The notes below the pieces were generated by a model that was not told where the DNA came from, did not search any database, and saw only the letters and a program-made list of their open reading frames with translations. Below are positions 21,132 to 30,923 of a stretch of 64,000 nucleotides of DNA, piece by piece; the stretch's first letter is position 1; every line of letters starts with the position of its first letter. Source of the DNA: Capsulimonadaceae bacterium (lineage in GTDB: Bacteria > Armatimonadota > Armatimonadia > Armatimonadales > Capsulimonadaceae); NCBI GenBank assembly GCA_965215505.1, contig OZ244065.1:5888001-5952000 (forward strand). The letters run 5' to 3'. The translations under genes were made by a program, and so were the position numbers.

Positions 21132-22040
21132 ATGTCCATGCTGGGAAGGCTGTTCGGGTTCGGCCGGAATGAACACTATGACCGGGGCATCCGCCTCTTC
21201 GACCAGGGCCTTTATGAAGACGCCATCGGCGAACTCAGCCAGGCCCCCCAGAACAGCCCCGACGAGCTGACCGACCGGCTGGCGTCGTTCTACATCGCCG
21301 AGGCTTACTCCAAGCTGGGCCTGGCCGCGCTCGAATCGCAGAGGTACGTCCAGGCCCAGGACGCTCTGGGCAAGGCGCTGGAGATCAACCCGCACTACGC
21401 CGACCTCCACTACCAGTACGGGCGGGCGGCGCGCGGGGCGGGCGTCACCCGCCTCGCCCTCGCCGCCTTCGAGTCCGCGCTTACCATCAACCCGCGCTAC
21501 GCGAAGGCGCTCTTCCTCTGCGGCCTGACCCGGTACGAGGCGGGCCTGCCCGATGCCGGCCTGGCCTCGATCCAGGAAGCCGCCGCTCTTGACCCTGGTT
21601 TCCACGCCCCCCACTTCGAGGAAGCCGTGGCCGCCCACCAGGCCGGCGACTACGCCACGGCCCAGGCGCTCTTCGCCCGCATCGCCGAGACCGACGTGGA
21701 CGACATCATGTTCCACTCCCGCCTCGGTGCCGACCTCTACCGGCGCGGCATGTACGCCGAGGCCGTCTCCGAGTTCCAGAAGGCGCTCGCCCTCAACCCC
21801 GACTACGCCGACATCCACAACCATCTGGGCATCACCTTCAACGCCCAGGGGCTGTACCCGGAGGCCGTCGAGTCCTTCCGTGCCGCCCTCGCCCTCAACC
21901 CCAAATACACCGAGGCCCGCACTAACCTTGCCCTAACTCTGCGCGCAGCGGGCCGCCCCGACGAGGCCTCTAACGAGTTCGCCCGCGTCCTGGAAGACGA
22001 CCCCGGCAACGCCCTTGCGCGCGGGGAAGTCGTGCGATAG
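21132..22040 (+). CDS. Tetratricopeptide repeat protein
   Basis: Repeated ALxxNPxYA TPR motifs; AAGGAG RBS before ATG 21132. Confidence 0.88.
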   Translation: MSMLGRLFGFGRNEHYDRGIRLFDQGLYEDAIGELSQAPQNSPDELTDRLASFYIAEAYSKLGLAALESQRYVQAQDALGKALEINPHYADLHYQYGRAARGAGVTRLALAAFESALTINPRYAKALFLCGLTRYEAGLPDAGLASIQEAAALDPGFHAPHFEEAVAAHQAGDYATAQALFARIAETDVDDIMFHSRLGADLYRRGMYAEAVSEFQKALALNPDYADIHNHLGITFNAQGLYPEAVESFRAALALNPKYTEARTNLALTLRAAGRPDEASNEFARVLEDDPGNALARGEVVR

Positions 22041-22082
22041 GTGAGGCTCAAACGATTAGACGAACGGAGGCGGGAATAAATA

Positions 22083-22649
22083 ATGAGTGAACCGGATTGG
22101 GAACAAATCTGGAAAGTCGAGCGCGACATCTGCTTTCTGTACCACGAACTTTCCGAATATCCCGGCATCGAGGGTGATTTAGCTTATGGCCTTATATACA
22201 CGCTGCCCTATTGGGACTTCCTGAACTTGAGTGTTCGGCGGATGCCTGATGAGGAGCGTTGCTTCATCCGTGACGGTTGTTTGGTGATGCTTCTTGCGAT
22301 GGCTTGGGATGTGCTTGACGGTTCAGGCTCTTATTTGCTAAATCATCTCGGTTTTTGCCAGCAAGCTGTTGAGTCAGTCGAGGTAAACAACGAGAAGACG
22401 GAACAACTCGTCCAGACCGTCAAAACGGCGCTCAAAGCAGTAGAGATGGATAGCCAAGGAAATGGGCGGCTAGAAGGGCCGCCGCTTCGGCATCTCATAG
22501 ACCTTTCGGTTTGGGTGAACCGGGAATACGTCGGTGGCTACTTCAAGCAAAAAACCAATGAAATGGCGGACCAAGGGGACCGCAGCCTATTCGAGCAGGC
22601 CATGACTAAAGTCAGTGACGCTCCGCCGGACGAACAGGACCAGTTGTAA
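22083..22649 (+). CDS. Hypothetical protein (lower GC)
   Basis: 188-aa ORF with no recognised motif. Confidence 0.55.
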   Translation: MSEPDWEQIWKVERDICFLYHELSEYPGIEGDLAYGLIYTLPYWDFLNLSVRRMPDEERCFIRDGCLVMLLAMAWDVLDGSGSYLLNHLGFCQQAVESVEVNNEKTEQLVQTVKTALKAVEMDSQGNGRLEGPPLRHLIDLSVWVNREYVGGYFKQKTNEMADQGDRSLFEQAMTKVSDAPPDEQDQL

Positions 22650-22764
22650 GATTGCCGTAATGCCTTGGCACGGGGAGGTCGCACGGTGAAGATTTACCCC
22701 ATTTGGGTTACGTCCTGATTGTGCGACGTAGCGCCGAGCCAGGTAGCTGACCAAGGTTAAGTCT

Positions 22765-23157
22765 ATGCGGAAGGTGTTTCATTCCAGACGCACAACCATC
22801 AGATCCAAAGGAGCATTGTCACGGGCTAGGAGCCGTCAGAGCAGCCAGCGGTACGTCACAAAGCGAGGCCACCATTATCGGGCTATCTGGGATGCAGAAC
22901 GATACCGCCCGCCAATAGTCACTTCACCTCTTATGTTGAGGTCTGCACAGTCGCAGAAAGGGCACCCCATCGCTACGGCTCTCTGGTTCAATGAAGTCGC
23001 CGGGCGAATCATCGCCCTCGCCATCGGGGCCTACATCGCTGATGACGTATTTCATCTCCGAGGCTACCTTCTGGCCGCCGTTTGGATTCTGATCTGTCTA
23101 CCCAGATTGTTTCGGGCTTACAAGTGGATTAGAACCCGTAAAAGCCAGCTCCGATAG
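22765..23157 (+). CDS. Hypothetical small membrane protein
   Basis: Basic N-terminus and two hydrophobic segments; lower GC. Confidence 0.4.
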   Translation: MRKVFHSRRTTIRSKGALSRARSRQSSQRYVTKRGHHYRAIWDAERYRPPIVTSPLMLRSAQSQKGHPIATALWFNEVAGRIIALAIGAYIADDVFHLRGYLLAAVWILICLPRLFRAYKWIRTRKSQLR

Positions 23158-23254
23158 CTAAAGCGGTACTGGCTTCGTGCCATGAAGATGTGAGGCGATA
23201 ACACTCTGAGACGAGGGAGTGATCAAAATCACTCGCCCCCCTTTGCTTCTCGCC

Positions 23255-24346
23255 TTAGTCCAGCGCCACCGCCTGATACTCGTTCTCGCACGGCACGCCG
23301 TCGGTCAGCCGCAGCGTCTTGGCGGTCAGGTCCATGATGACCGAGGTGACGGTGATGTAATGGTGTTCCGGCGGCTCCAGCCCCTCGGCGGCGTGGCGGC
23401 AGACGCCATAGGGGTAACGGAGGTGGTCGCGCAGGCCGTCCTCGATGTCCGAAACGGAGACTTTTTCGTGCGCCCCCAGCAGCTCGCCCAGGCGTGAACG
23501 GCGGCCGATGGAGAAGACACGCTTGGGATTCGGCGGCTCGGCGACGCCGATCTCGGCGGGGTCGGTGAAGTTGTTGGTGTGGGTCAGCCGCCCCCGCTCG
23601 CAGGCCAGCAGCCGCAGTTTGTCCGGGGCGGCCTCGATGTCCACCACCTTGTCGGGGGTTTGGGCGATCAGGAAGTTTGTGGAGCAGGCGCGGTCTTCGC
23701 CCGTCACGACCGCCACGGCAGCCTCGAAGTCGCGGGCGCGCATGATCTCGTAGCAGCGGACGTGGAAGGGCTTCGCCAGCGTGGACCAGTCATCGTCGGT
23801 GCTGGTCATGCCGTTAATCGCCAGTCCGATGCCCGCGCTGTTCAGGCCGATCTTGCCGCCGACGATCCCGGCCTCGGTGAAGGCCAGCGTTTCCATGCCG
23901 TCCGGGTCGGTCGTGTGCAGGACGGCCCCCTGCACCTGCGGAATCCAGTCCCAGTTCTGGCCGACCAGCAGGTGCCCGTTGGCCGACGCTTCCGGCAGGA
24001 CGGCGAAGGCGGTGCAGCCGTCCACGTCCTCGCTCTGGGCGTTCTTGCCGAACTGGTAGTACAGAATCTCGTAGCGCACCTGCAAGGCGGCGATGTCGTC
24101 CGGCGCGAAACCTGAGCCGTCGGACACGCCCCGCATCCCCTCGAAGTAGTCCGCATTCTGCCGCTCGATCGCCCTCGCATAGCGCCGCGCCCGGTCCAGG
24201 ACCTCGGGGCGGGCCAGCCCCGTCTCCCGCTCGAAGCGGGCGAAATAGACCTCTAAGTTATGGGCGATCTGGCCTTTCAGAGCCTGCCCGTGCTGGACGC
24301 CCTGCTCATACGCCGTCCCCGTCAGATGCACGACCGGTAATGTCAT
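23255..24346 (-). CDS. Peptidase C45 / acyl-CoA:6-APA acyltransferase-like Ntn hydrolase
   Basis: GT.YEQGVQHG, autoproteolytic DGCT, GQNWDW, IGLNSAG, HTNNF. Confidence 0.9.
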   Translation of the reverse strand: MTLPVVHLTGTAYEQGVQHGQALKGQIAHNLEVYFARFERETGLARPEVLDRARRYARAIERQNADYFEGMRGVSDGSGFAPDDIAALQVRYEILYYQFGKNAQSEDVDGCTAFAVLPEASANGHLLVGQNWDWIPQVQGAVLHTTDPDGMETLAFTEAGIVGGKIGLNSAGIGLAINGMTSTDDDWSTLAKPFHVRCYEIMRARDFEAAVAVVTGEDRACSTNFLIAQTPDKVVDIEAAPDKLRLLACERGRLTHTNNFTDPAEIGVAEPPNPKRVFSIGRRSRLGELLGAHEKVSVSDIEDGLRDHLRYPYGVCRHAAEGLEPPEHHYITVTSVIMDLTAKTLRLTDGVPCENEYQAVALD

Positions 24347-25296
24347 TCGCTTTCCTCTTTCAGCACCTTCACCATGTCAAGCCACGCGGGCTGCCGGACG
24401 AAGCCCAGCCGCTCGTTGATGCCGAGCATCCCCCGGTTGTTCGCCTCGTTCCAGGTCTTGATCGAAGGATACCCGTTTTCCTTCGCCCAGGCGATGTTCC
24501 TCACCTTCAAAGCCAGCGCGATCCCCTGCCGCCGGTACTCACGTTTCACGCCGGTCAGCCCCGTCGTCAGGCCGCTCTCGCTCCGACTCGACCTCAGCGC
24601 CGTCACGCCGACGTACTCCCCGTCTTTGAGGGCTAACAGATAAGCGTCGCGGATCAGGCCGGGGTTCTTGAGGAACGCCGAGAGCCAGACGCTCTTCTCC
24701 AAATCTGTGCGCGGCTCGGAAGAGGGCACGTCCGCCCGCAGGTCCTGCGTCATCTCGTAATGCTTCTGCCAATGCCCCGGCAGATTTTCCAGTTCCCGTA
24801 GCGTCTTGAACTCGACCCCGAATGCCCGCACCCGCGCTTCGGCATTCACATACGGGGCCGGGTCGAAGGCGGTCACATCCAGCCGTGACTCATAGGAGCG
24901 CATGTCTTCGGCGAAGCCCCGGTCTTGCAGGAACCGGAGGCTCCGCGCGCCGTCCTCCCGGATCTCAACGCGGACGGAGAGCGGATCGAGCGGTGCCAGC
25001 GCGGACATCACCTGCTCATACAAGGCTCTGCCCAGCCCCCGCCCCTGCCACTCCGGCTCGACGATGACGTTGATACGGAACCGGCGCGGGTGGTAGGAGC
25101 CGGACCGCTGGCCGTACTCGCCGTAGCCGACTGCCCGGCCCTCCCGCTCGATGAGCCAGCGCCCGTGGCGGCACTTGGCGTCCCGGCGCGCGTCGCCGAA
25201 CTCTTTTTCTTCGGCGGACACAGGATATTCGGGGGACGCCGCGCTGGCGATGCGCGCGAGGGTGGGGTAGTCTTCGGGTGTGAACGGGCGGATCAA
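24343..25296 (-). CDS. Tandem-domain GNAT acetyltransferase
   Basis: Two acetyl-CoA motifs (WQGRGLG, YRRQGIA); N..ML.INE.LGF. Confidence 0.88.
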   Translation of the reverse strand: MIRPFTPEDYPTLARIASAASPEYPVSAEEKEFGDARRDAKCRHGRWLIEREGRAVGYGEYGQRSGSYHPRRFRINVIVEPEWQGRGLGRALYEQVMSALAPLDPLSVRVEIREDGARSLRFLQDRGFAEDMRSYESRLDVTAFDPAPYVNAEARVRAFGVEFKTLRELENLPGHWQKHYEMTQDLRADVPSSEPRTDLEKSVWLSAFLKNPGLIRDAYLLALKDGEYVGVTALRSSRSESGLTTGLTGVKREYRRQGIALALKVRNIAWAKENGYPSIKTWNEANNRGMLGINERLGFVRQPAWLDMVKVLKEESE

Positions 25297-25395
25297 AGCG
25301 ATAGCGCCTCCTCAAGTCTGTGGTCTGTCTGCGCTGCTGTTCGAGATGCTGCCGGTGAATCCCTGCCGGACACGGCGGCAGGAAGCGCGACGGCG

Positions 25396-25860
25396 CTACT
25401 GGGCATCCACACTTGCCTCCCGCCTCAGCACGACCCGCTGATGCCCGTCGGACCGCGTCAGCGTCAGCGTGTCGCCTTGCAACTGATAAGTGAACATCGT
25501 CTCCATCGGGCCGGCGAGTACGACTGTCTTCTGTTCCCCGCCGAGGGCGATGGTCCGGATCGTCGTCCGCTCGGTCAGGACGCCGCCCTCGGCCACCCAC
25601 GTCCCCTCCGCCGTCATCGCGCCCTGCGGCAGCGTGAGCGTCACCGACTGTGTGCCGTCGGCCCGCATCTCCCAAATCGACGGCACGGCGGCATTGCCCC
25701 CCGCCATCGCCCCGCGCCAGCGGCCGACGAGCGGCTGTGCGGCGGCAAGCGACTGTAGGGGAGGGAGAGGCACCGCGCAGCCGGCGGGCAGGAGGCCGAG
25801 GAGCGCGAGCGCGAGGGCGGCACGGCGGCTGATGGATCGCGGAAGGGGCAGAAATCTCAT
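25396..25860 (-). CDS. Putative lipoprotein (lipocalin-like)
   Basis: Lipobox-like LLPAGC; LVGRW...GTW...YQLQGDTLTL. Confidence 0.55.
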   Translation of the reverse strand: MRFLPLPRSISRRAALALALLGLLPAGCAVPLPPLQSLAAAQPLVGRWRGAMAGGNAAVPSIWEMRADGTQSVTLTLPQGAMTAEGTWVAEGGVLTERTTIRTIALGGEQKTVVLAGPMETMFTYQLQGDTLTLTRSDGHQRVVLRREASVDAQ

Positions 25861-25946
25861 GTTCGCCCGCTTGTTCGGCGTCGGGGGAGTATTTTCCTGC
25901 ATGATCGCCGCGATTCGGGGTATAACCACGGCGACAGGAGGACCGT

Positions 25947-26873
25947 ATGCTAAGATCACCGTTCGCCTCCCCCGCCCTGAAGGCGGTCCCCGGCCAGGTC
26001 GGCGGCGCGATGCGCCTGTGGACGCTTTTGAAGTCGCTCAATGTCCAGGACATCGCCGAGGCCGCCGACCGCCCGTTCCACCTCGCGCTGGTCGGGGCGG
26101 AGGACCACGCGCACCTGCTGATGGCGCGTCTGGCCCTGGAATCTGCCGCCCCGCGCGACCTGGGGCCGTCGGGTCCTGCGGACATCCGGGCTTACGCCGC
26201 CCGGTACGGCAACCGGGCCGAAACCCCGCCAAGCAGTGTGCTGCTGGACGCCGAGGCCTTGACGGCGGACGAGGCCCGCCTAGCTGCCGCGCTGGCTGCC
26301 GTCGTGGCCGAACAGCCAGACCTGCGGCTGGCACTGGCCCGGCACGTCCCGGCCTTCCGGCCCGCGGTCGTCACCTGCCTGATCGCCGAAGCGTCGCGGG
26401 ACAATGCCAAGATCGCCCTCATTTCCGCCGTGCCGGGCGTCATCCCGGCCGCCGCCTTCCTGCTGCCCGCGACCGCCCTGGGCGACATGGTGCTGCTGAC
26501 CAAGAACCAGATCCTGCTTCTGCTGCGGATCGCCGCCGCCTACGGCAAGGAGATGGACCTGCGGGAACGGACGCGCGAGCTGCTGCCAGTCGTCGGCAGC
26601 GCGTTCGGCTGGCGCGCGGCGGCCCGCGAGCTGCTCGGCCTGGTGCCGGGCGGGGTCGGGCTGCTGGTCAAGGGCTGCATCGCCTATGCCGGGACCTACA
26701 CCGTGGGCAAGGCCGCCGCCGTGTATTACAGCACGGGGCACACGCTGTCGCCGTCCCGGCTGCGTCAGCTCTACGGCGACGGACTCAAGGACGCCGCCGC
26801 CCGCATCCGCCCGCTCCTGCGTAAGCGGCGGACGCGCCCGACTGTTGACAAATCCGAGGCCGCGCGGGTATAA
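25947..26873 (+). CDS. Hypothetical protein, DUF697-like
   Basis: DMVLLTKNQ.LLL.RIAAAYG; ARELLGLVP..G...K..IAYAGTY.VG. Confidence 0.65.
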   Translation: MLRSPFASPALKAVPGQVGGAMRLWTLLKSLNVQDIAEAADRPFHLALVGAEDHAHLLMARLALESAAPRDLGPSGPADIRAYAARYGNRAETPPSSVLLDAEALTADEARLAAALAAVVAEQPDLRLALARHVPAFRPAVVTCLIAEASRDNAKIALISAVPGVIPAAAFLLPATALGDMVLLTKNQILLLLRIAAAYGKEMDLRERTRELLPVVGSAFGWRAAARELLGLVPGGVGLLVKGCIAYAGTYTVGKAAAVYYSTGHTLSPSRLRQLYGDGLKDAAARIRPLLRKRRTRPTVDKSEAARV

Positions 26874-26874
26874 T
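26845..26874 (+). promoter_or_regulatory. Consensus sigma70 promoter upstream of greA
   Basis: TTGACA-N18-TATAAT. Confidence 0.75.
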
Positions 26875-27019
26875 AACGCGCAAACTTTGGCAACAATCGC
26901 TCCTGGACACGACGTATAGGAAGCACCGGCCGCGGTCGCGGCGGGTGCTTCCGCGCTCTAGCCCCGAGGCTGGGCGCAAAAAACAACAAAAATAACTCCC
27001 GTGCAAGGAGAATGACGAC

Positions 27020-27493
27020 TTGGGTGACATTGAAGAGATCGTGCTGACTCCCGCCGGCTACAAAGAGCTGGCGGACGAACTGGAATCCCTGCGGACCACG
27101 GAGCGGCGCGAAGTCGCCGAGCGCATCCGCGATGCCATCACCTACGGCGAGCTGACGGAGAACTCCGAATACGAGGACGCCAAAAACGCGCAGGCGTTCC
27201 TGGAAGGCCGCATTGAGGACCTGAAGCACATCATGCAGATCGCCCGCCCGCTCGACCCGGAAGAGATCCCGACCGACCACGTCGGCCTTGGCTCGGTCGT
27301 CACGGTCAACGACGAGGATGAGGACTGGGAGTTTACCCTGGTTTCGCCCGTCGAGGCAAACCCCAACCTCGAAAAGATTAGCGACGAGTCCCCCGTCGGC
27401 GAGGCCCTGTTCGGCAAGAAGGTCGGCGACTCTGTTTCCGTCTCCACGCCCGCCGGTCGGACCAAGTACCGGATCGTCGCCATCCGCAAGTAG
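27020..27493 (+). CDS. greA: Transcription elongation factor GreA
   Basis: LT..GY..L..EL, GELTENSEY..AK..Q..LE.RI, IS.ESPVG.AL; TTG start after AAGGAG. Confidence 0.95.
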   Translation: MGDIEEIVLTPAGYKELADELESLRTTERREVAERIRDAITYGELTENSEYEDAKNAQAFLEGRIEDLKHIMQIARPLDPEEIPTDHVGLGSVVTVNDEDEDWEFTLVSPVEANPNLEKISDESPVGEALFGKKVGDSVSVSTPAGRTKYRIVAIRK

Positions 27494-27506
27494 ACTCCCA
27501 AGAACT

Positions 27507-27534
27507 AAAGGGCGGGGCTTGCCCCGCCCTTTTC
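27507..27534 (+). terminator. Intrinsic terminator-like hairpin after greA
   Basis: AAAGGGCGGGG-CTTG-CCCCGCCCTTTT. Confidence 0.6.
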
Positions 27535-27573
27535 GCTTGCTGCCACTCACCCGACACTGAAGGAGCGCCCCGC

Positions 27574-29106
27574 TTGCCCGAAGACGTAACGACCCAGAAC
27601 ACGACGCCCGCCGAGGGCATCGACCCCATCCGCCGGCAGAAGCTCGACGCCCTGCGGGCGGCGGGGCGTGACCCATTCGCCGCCGAGCGGTTCGACGTCA
27701 CCCACCACGCCGCCGAGATCGTCGGCGATTTCGAGCGACTGGAAGGGCACACCGTCTTCCTCGCAGGGCGCATCACCTCCCTGCGGCTGATGGGCAAGGC
27801 CGCCTTCCTGGACCTGACCGACGCAACCGGGCGCATCCAGCTTTATCTGCGCCGGGACGAGATCGGCGACGAACTTTACGGCGACATCCAGCACCACCTG
27901 GACCTCGGAGACATCGCGGGCGTCTTGGGCTTCGTCTTCAAGACCAAGACCGGCGAAACCTCCGTGCATGTCCGCGAGTGGACTCTGCTCGCCAAATCCC
28001 TGCGCCCCCTGCCTCTGGGCAAGGAGTACGAGACCGAGGCGGGCGAGGAGAAGCACGCGGGCGGCCTGAAGGACCCCGAGGCGCGCTACCGGCAGCGGTC
28101 CGTAGACCTGCTGGTCAACCGCGAGTCGCGCGAGCGGCTGCTCGGGCGGATGACGGTCACGCGGGCCATGCGTGAGTACCTGGACAAGCACGACTATCTG
28201 GAGGTCGAGACGCCCGTGCTGCAAATGGTCGCGGGCGGCGCGGCCGCGCGGCCCTTCCTGACCCACCACAACGCGCTCGATCTGGAGCTGCACCTACGGA
28301 TCTCGCTGGAGCTCTACTTGAAGCGGCTGATCATCGGCGGCTTGGACCGCGTCTATGAGATCGGGCGCGTCTTCCGCAACGAGGGCATCTCGACGCGGCA
28401 CAACCCGGAGTTCACCTTGATGGAGGTGTACGCCGCCTACGCGAACCTCGACGACATGATGACACTGGTGGAGGGCATGTACCGGCACATATGCCGCGCC
28501 CTGCATGGCCGGGAGCAGTTTACCTATCAGGGGCAGGAGATAGACCTCGCGCCGAACTTCGCCCGCCTGCCCATCCTGGAGGGCATCCGGCTGAACGCCG
28601 GGGTCGAACCCGAGGAGCTGGCGACGCTGGAGTCGGCCCACACCGTACTGACCCGGCTCGGCCTGCCGACCGAGAAGGAGCCGACCGTCGGCGGCATCAT
28701 CGAGAAGCTGCACGAGAAGTACACGCAGCCGACCCTGACGCAGCCAACCTTCATCACCGAGTTCCCGACCGAAACCTCGCCGCTCGCCAAGAAGATGCCC
28801 GGCGACCCGCGCCTGACGCGCCGGTTCGAGGTCTACATGGCCGGGGCCGAACTCGGCAACGCCTTCAGCGAGATCAACGACCCCCTGGACCAGCGCGAGC
28901 GGTTCGCCGCCCAGTCGGACCTGCGGGCGGGCGGCGACGCCGAGGCGCACCCGATGGACGAGGACTTCCTGCGCGCGATGGAGTACGGGATGCCGCCGAC
29001 GGGCGGCTTCGGCGGCGGCGTGGACCGGCTGGCGATCATCCTGACCGACGCGCCCTCCATCCGTGACGTCATCCTGTTCCCGCTCCTGCGCCCGGAGCGG
29101 GGGTAG
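27574..29106 (+). CDS. lysS: Lysine--tRNA ligase (class II)
   Basis: OB-fold N-terminus, GGAAARPF.THHN, FRNEGISTRHNPEFT, ELGNAFSE.ND, YGMPPTGG. Confidence 0.97.
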   Translation: MPEDVTTQNTTPAEGIDPIRRQKLDALRAAGRDPFAAERFDVTHHAAEIVGDFERLEGHTVFLAGRITSLRLMGKAAFLDLTDATGRIQLYLRRDEIGDELYGDIQHHLDLGDIAGVLGFVFKTKTGETSVHVREWTLLAKSLRPLPLGKEYETEAGEEKHAGGLKDPEARYRQRSVDLLVNRESRERLLGRMTVTRAMREYLDKHDYLEVETPVLQMVAGGAAARPFLTHHNALDLELHLRISLELYLKRLIIGGLDRVYEIGRVFRNEGISTRHNPEFTLMEVYAAYANLDDMMTLVEGMYRHICRALHGREQFTYQGQEIDLAPNFARLPILEGIRLNAGVEPEELATLESAHTVLTRLGLPTEKEPTVGGIIEKLHEKYTQPTLTQPTFITEFPTETSPLAKKMPGDPRLTRRFEVYMAGAELGNAFSEINDPLDQRERFAAQSDLRAGGDAEAHPMDEDFLRAMEYGMPPTGGFGGGVDRLAIILTDAPSIRDVILFPLLRPERG

Positions 29107-29117
29107 CCGCGGACGCC

Positions 29118-30923
29118 ATGACTCCGGCCATTCCCTCGGCTTCGGCCATCCCCCTGCGGACGGCGGGGCGCGACGCGCGGCTGCTCCCCGGCCTCCTGTT
29201 CGCCCTGGCCGCCTGCGCCGCCGGCCTGCTCCTGTTCGTCCTCGCCGAGAACCGGCTGGCCGAGCGGGACCTGGACGCCGCCCGGCAGTGCGCCTTCCTC
29301 TCCTCCGACGCCTTCTGGGTCTGGGGGGTGACGCAGCCCCGCCTGACGCCCGCCGCCCCTCCGCCCGGAGCGTTGTTGCCGGCGCGTCCCCCCGACCCGC
29401 TGCTGCCCCCCGACCTGACTCCGCCCGCCCCGTCGCCCGGCCTCGCGCCCCTGGTCCCGCCCGCTTCCGCGCCGGAGCCTCCGGCACTGCCCGGCGACGC
29501 GCCTCCATCGGGCGACTGGTCCAGGCTGTTCGCGGCGATGCGGGTCGGGCAGGGCCACCTGCGCGCTGCGTACCCGCACGACACGGGCGCGCTCGATGTG
29601 GCTTGGGCGGGCTTCGCGGACTCCCTGCATCAGTACGGGCGGGCGACCTGGCCGCAGACCTCCGCCCTCGGCGCCGCCTGTCGCTCCCTCGCCGACCGCC
29701 TCCGGGACCGCGCGGAGTGGCGCCGCACCCTTGCCTGGATGGTTTCCGGGCTGGGAGGGGGCATTCTGCTGGCCCTGGTCGCGGCGGCGATGATCCTGTC
29801 ACAGCGGCTGGACCTGGAGGCCGACCGGGTTCAGGCCGAACTGGAGCGGCGTGATGCCCTCCTGAATGCGACGGGGGAGGGGATCTACCAGGTGGACGCG
29901 CGCGGCTCCTGCACCTACATCAACCCGGCCGGCGCGGCCCTGCTCGGGTATCAGCCGAAGGAACTCTGGGGCAAAGAGATGGCCACGCTTCTGGGCTGGA
30001 ACCCCGATGAGGATGCGGGGTCGCCCGCCGAGACGCCCGAAGAAAGCCCGCTGCGAACGGTCCTGCGGACCGGCGAGGTCGTGCGGCGGGATGACGACCT
30101 GTTGTGGCGGCGGGACGGCTCCTGCTTCCACGCCACCACACTCGCCTCGCCGATCCTGGCGGGGGGTGTCCTGCGCGGGGCGGTGGTCACGTTCTCGGAC
30201 ATCACGGGCCGCAAGCAGGCCGAGACGCTGCGCGACGACCTGACCGGCATGGTCGTCCACGACCTGCGGACGCCGCTCACGTCGCTGCTGTCCGGCCTCC
30301 AGGCGCTCCGCTTCGTCGGTGGGCATCAGCCCGCCGAGCAGGAGATCCTGGACAACGCCATCGCCGGCGGCGAGACGCTGCTGGTCATGGTGAACGACCT
30401 TCTGGACATCAGCAAATGGGAAAGCGGGTCGCTCGTCCTGGACAGGCAGCCGCTCCAGCCCGCCGACGTGATCGAGTATGCCCTGGCCCAGACCACCCCG
30501 CTGGCCCGGCGGAACGGCCTGCGGGTCGCCCGCAACATCCCCCCCGACCTGCCTCCCGTGGAGGCCGACCGGGATATGCTGCGGCGGTCCCTGGTCAACC
30601 TGCTCGGCAACGCCGTCAAGTTCACCCCGCGCGGGGGCATCGTGACCGTCTCGGCCTCCTATGAAGCCGCCGAGGGGGGCGTCGTCTTCGCGGTCGGCGA
30701 CACGGGCGAGGGCATCCCCGCCCACCAGGTCCGGCGCATCTTCGACAAGTTCGGCCAGGTCGAGAGCCGCAAGGCGGGTCGACGCATGTCCACGGGCCTG
30801 GGCCTGACCTTCTGCAAGCTGGTCGCCGAGGCGCACGGTGGGCGGATCTGGGTGGAGAGTCGGCTGGGCAAGGGCAGCCGCTTCCTGTTTACCATCCCGG
30901 TGACGCCGGAGGCGCATCCATGA
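29118..30923 (+). CDS. Membrane-bound PAS-domain sensor histidine kinase
   Basis: Two TM helices, PAS, HDLRTPL H-box, NLLGNAVKF, DTGEGI, GLGL. Confidence 0.92.
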   Translation: MTPAIPSASAIPLRTAGRDARLLPGLLFALAACAAGLLLFVLAENRLAERDLDAARQCAFLSSDAFWVWGVTQPRLTPAAPPPGALLPARPPDPLLPPDLTPPAPSPGLAPLVPPASAPEPPALPGDAPPSGDWSRLFAAMRVGQGHLRAAYPHDTGALDVAWAGFADSLHQYGRATWPQTSALGAACRSLADRLRDRAEWRRTLAWMVSGLGGGILLALVAAAMILSQRLDLEADRVQAELERRDALLNATGEGIYQVDARGSCTYINPAGAALLGYQPKELWGKEMATLLGWNPDEDAGSPAETPEESPLRTVLRTGEVVRRDDDLLWRRDGSCFHATTLASPILAGGVLRGAVVTFSDITGRKQAETLRDDLTGMVVHDLRTPLTSLLSGLQALRFVGGHQPAEQEILDNAIAGGETLLVMVNDLLDISKWESGSLVLDRQPLQPADVIEYALAQTTPLARRNGLRVARNIPPDLPPVEADRDMLRRSLVNLLGNAVKFTPRGGIVTVSASYEAAEGGVVFAVGDTGEGIPAHQVRRIFDKFGQVESRKAGRRMSTGLGLTFCKLVAEAHGGRIWVESRLGKGSRFLFTIPVTPEAHP

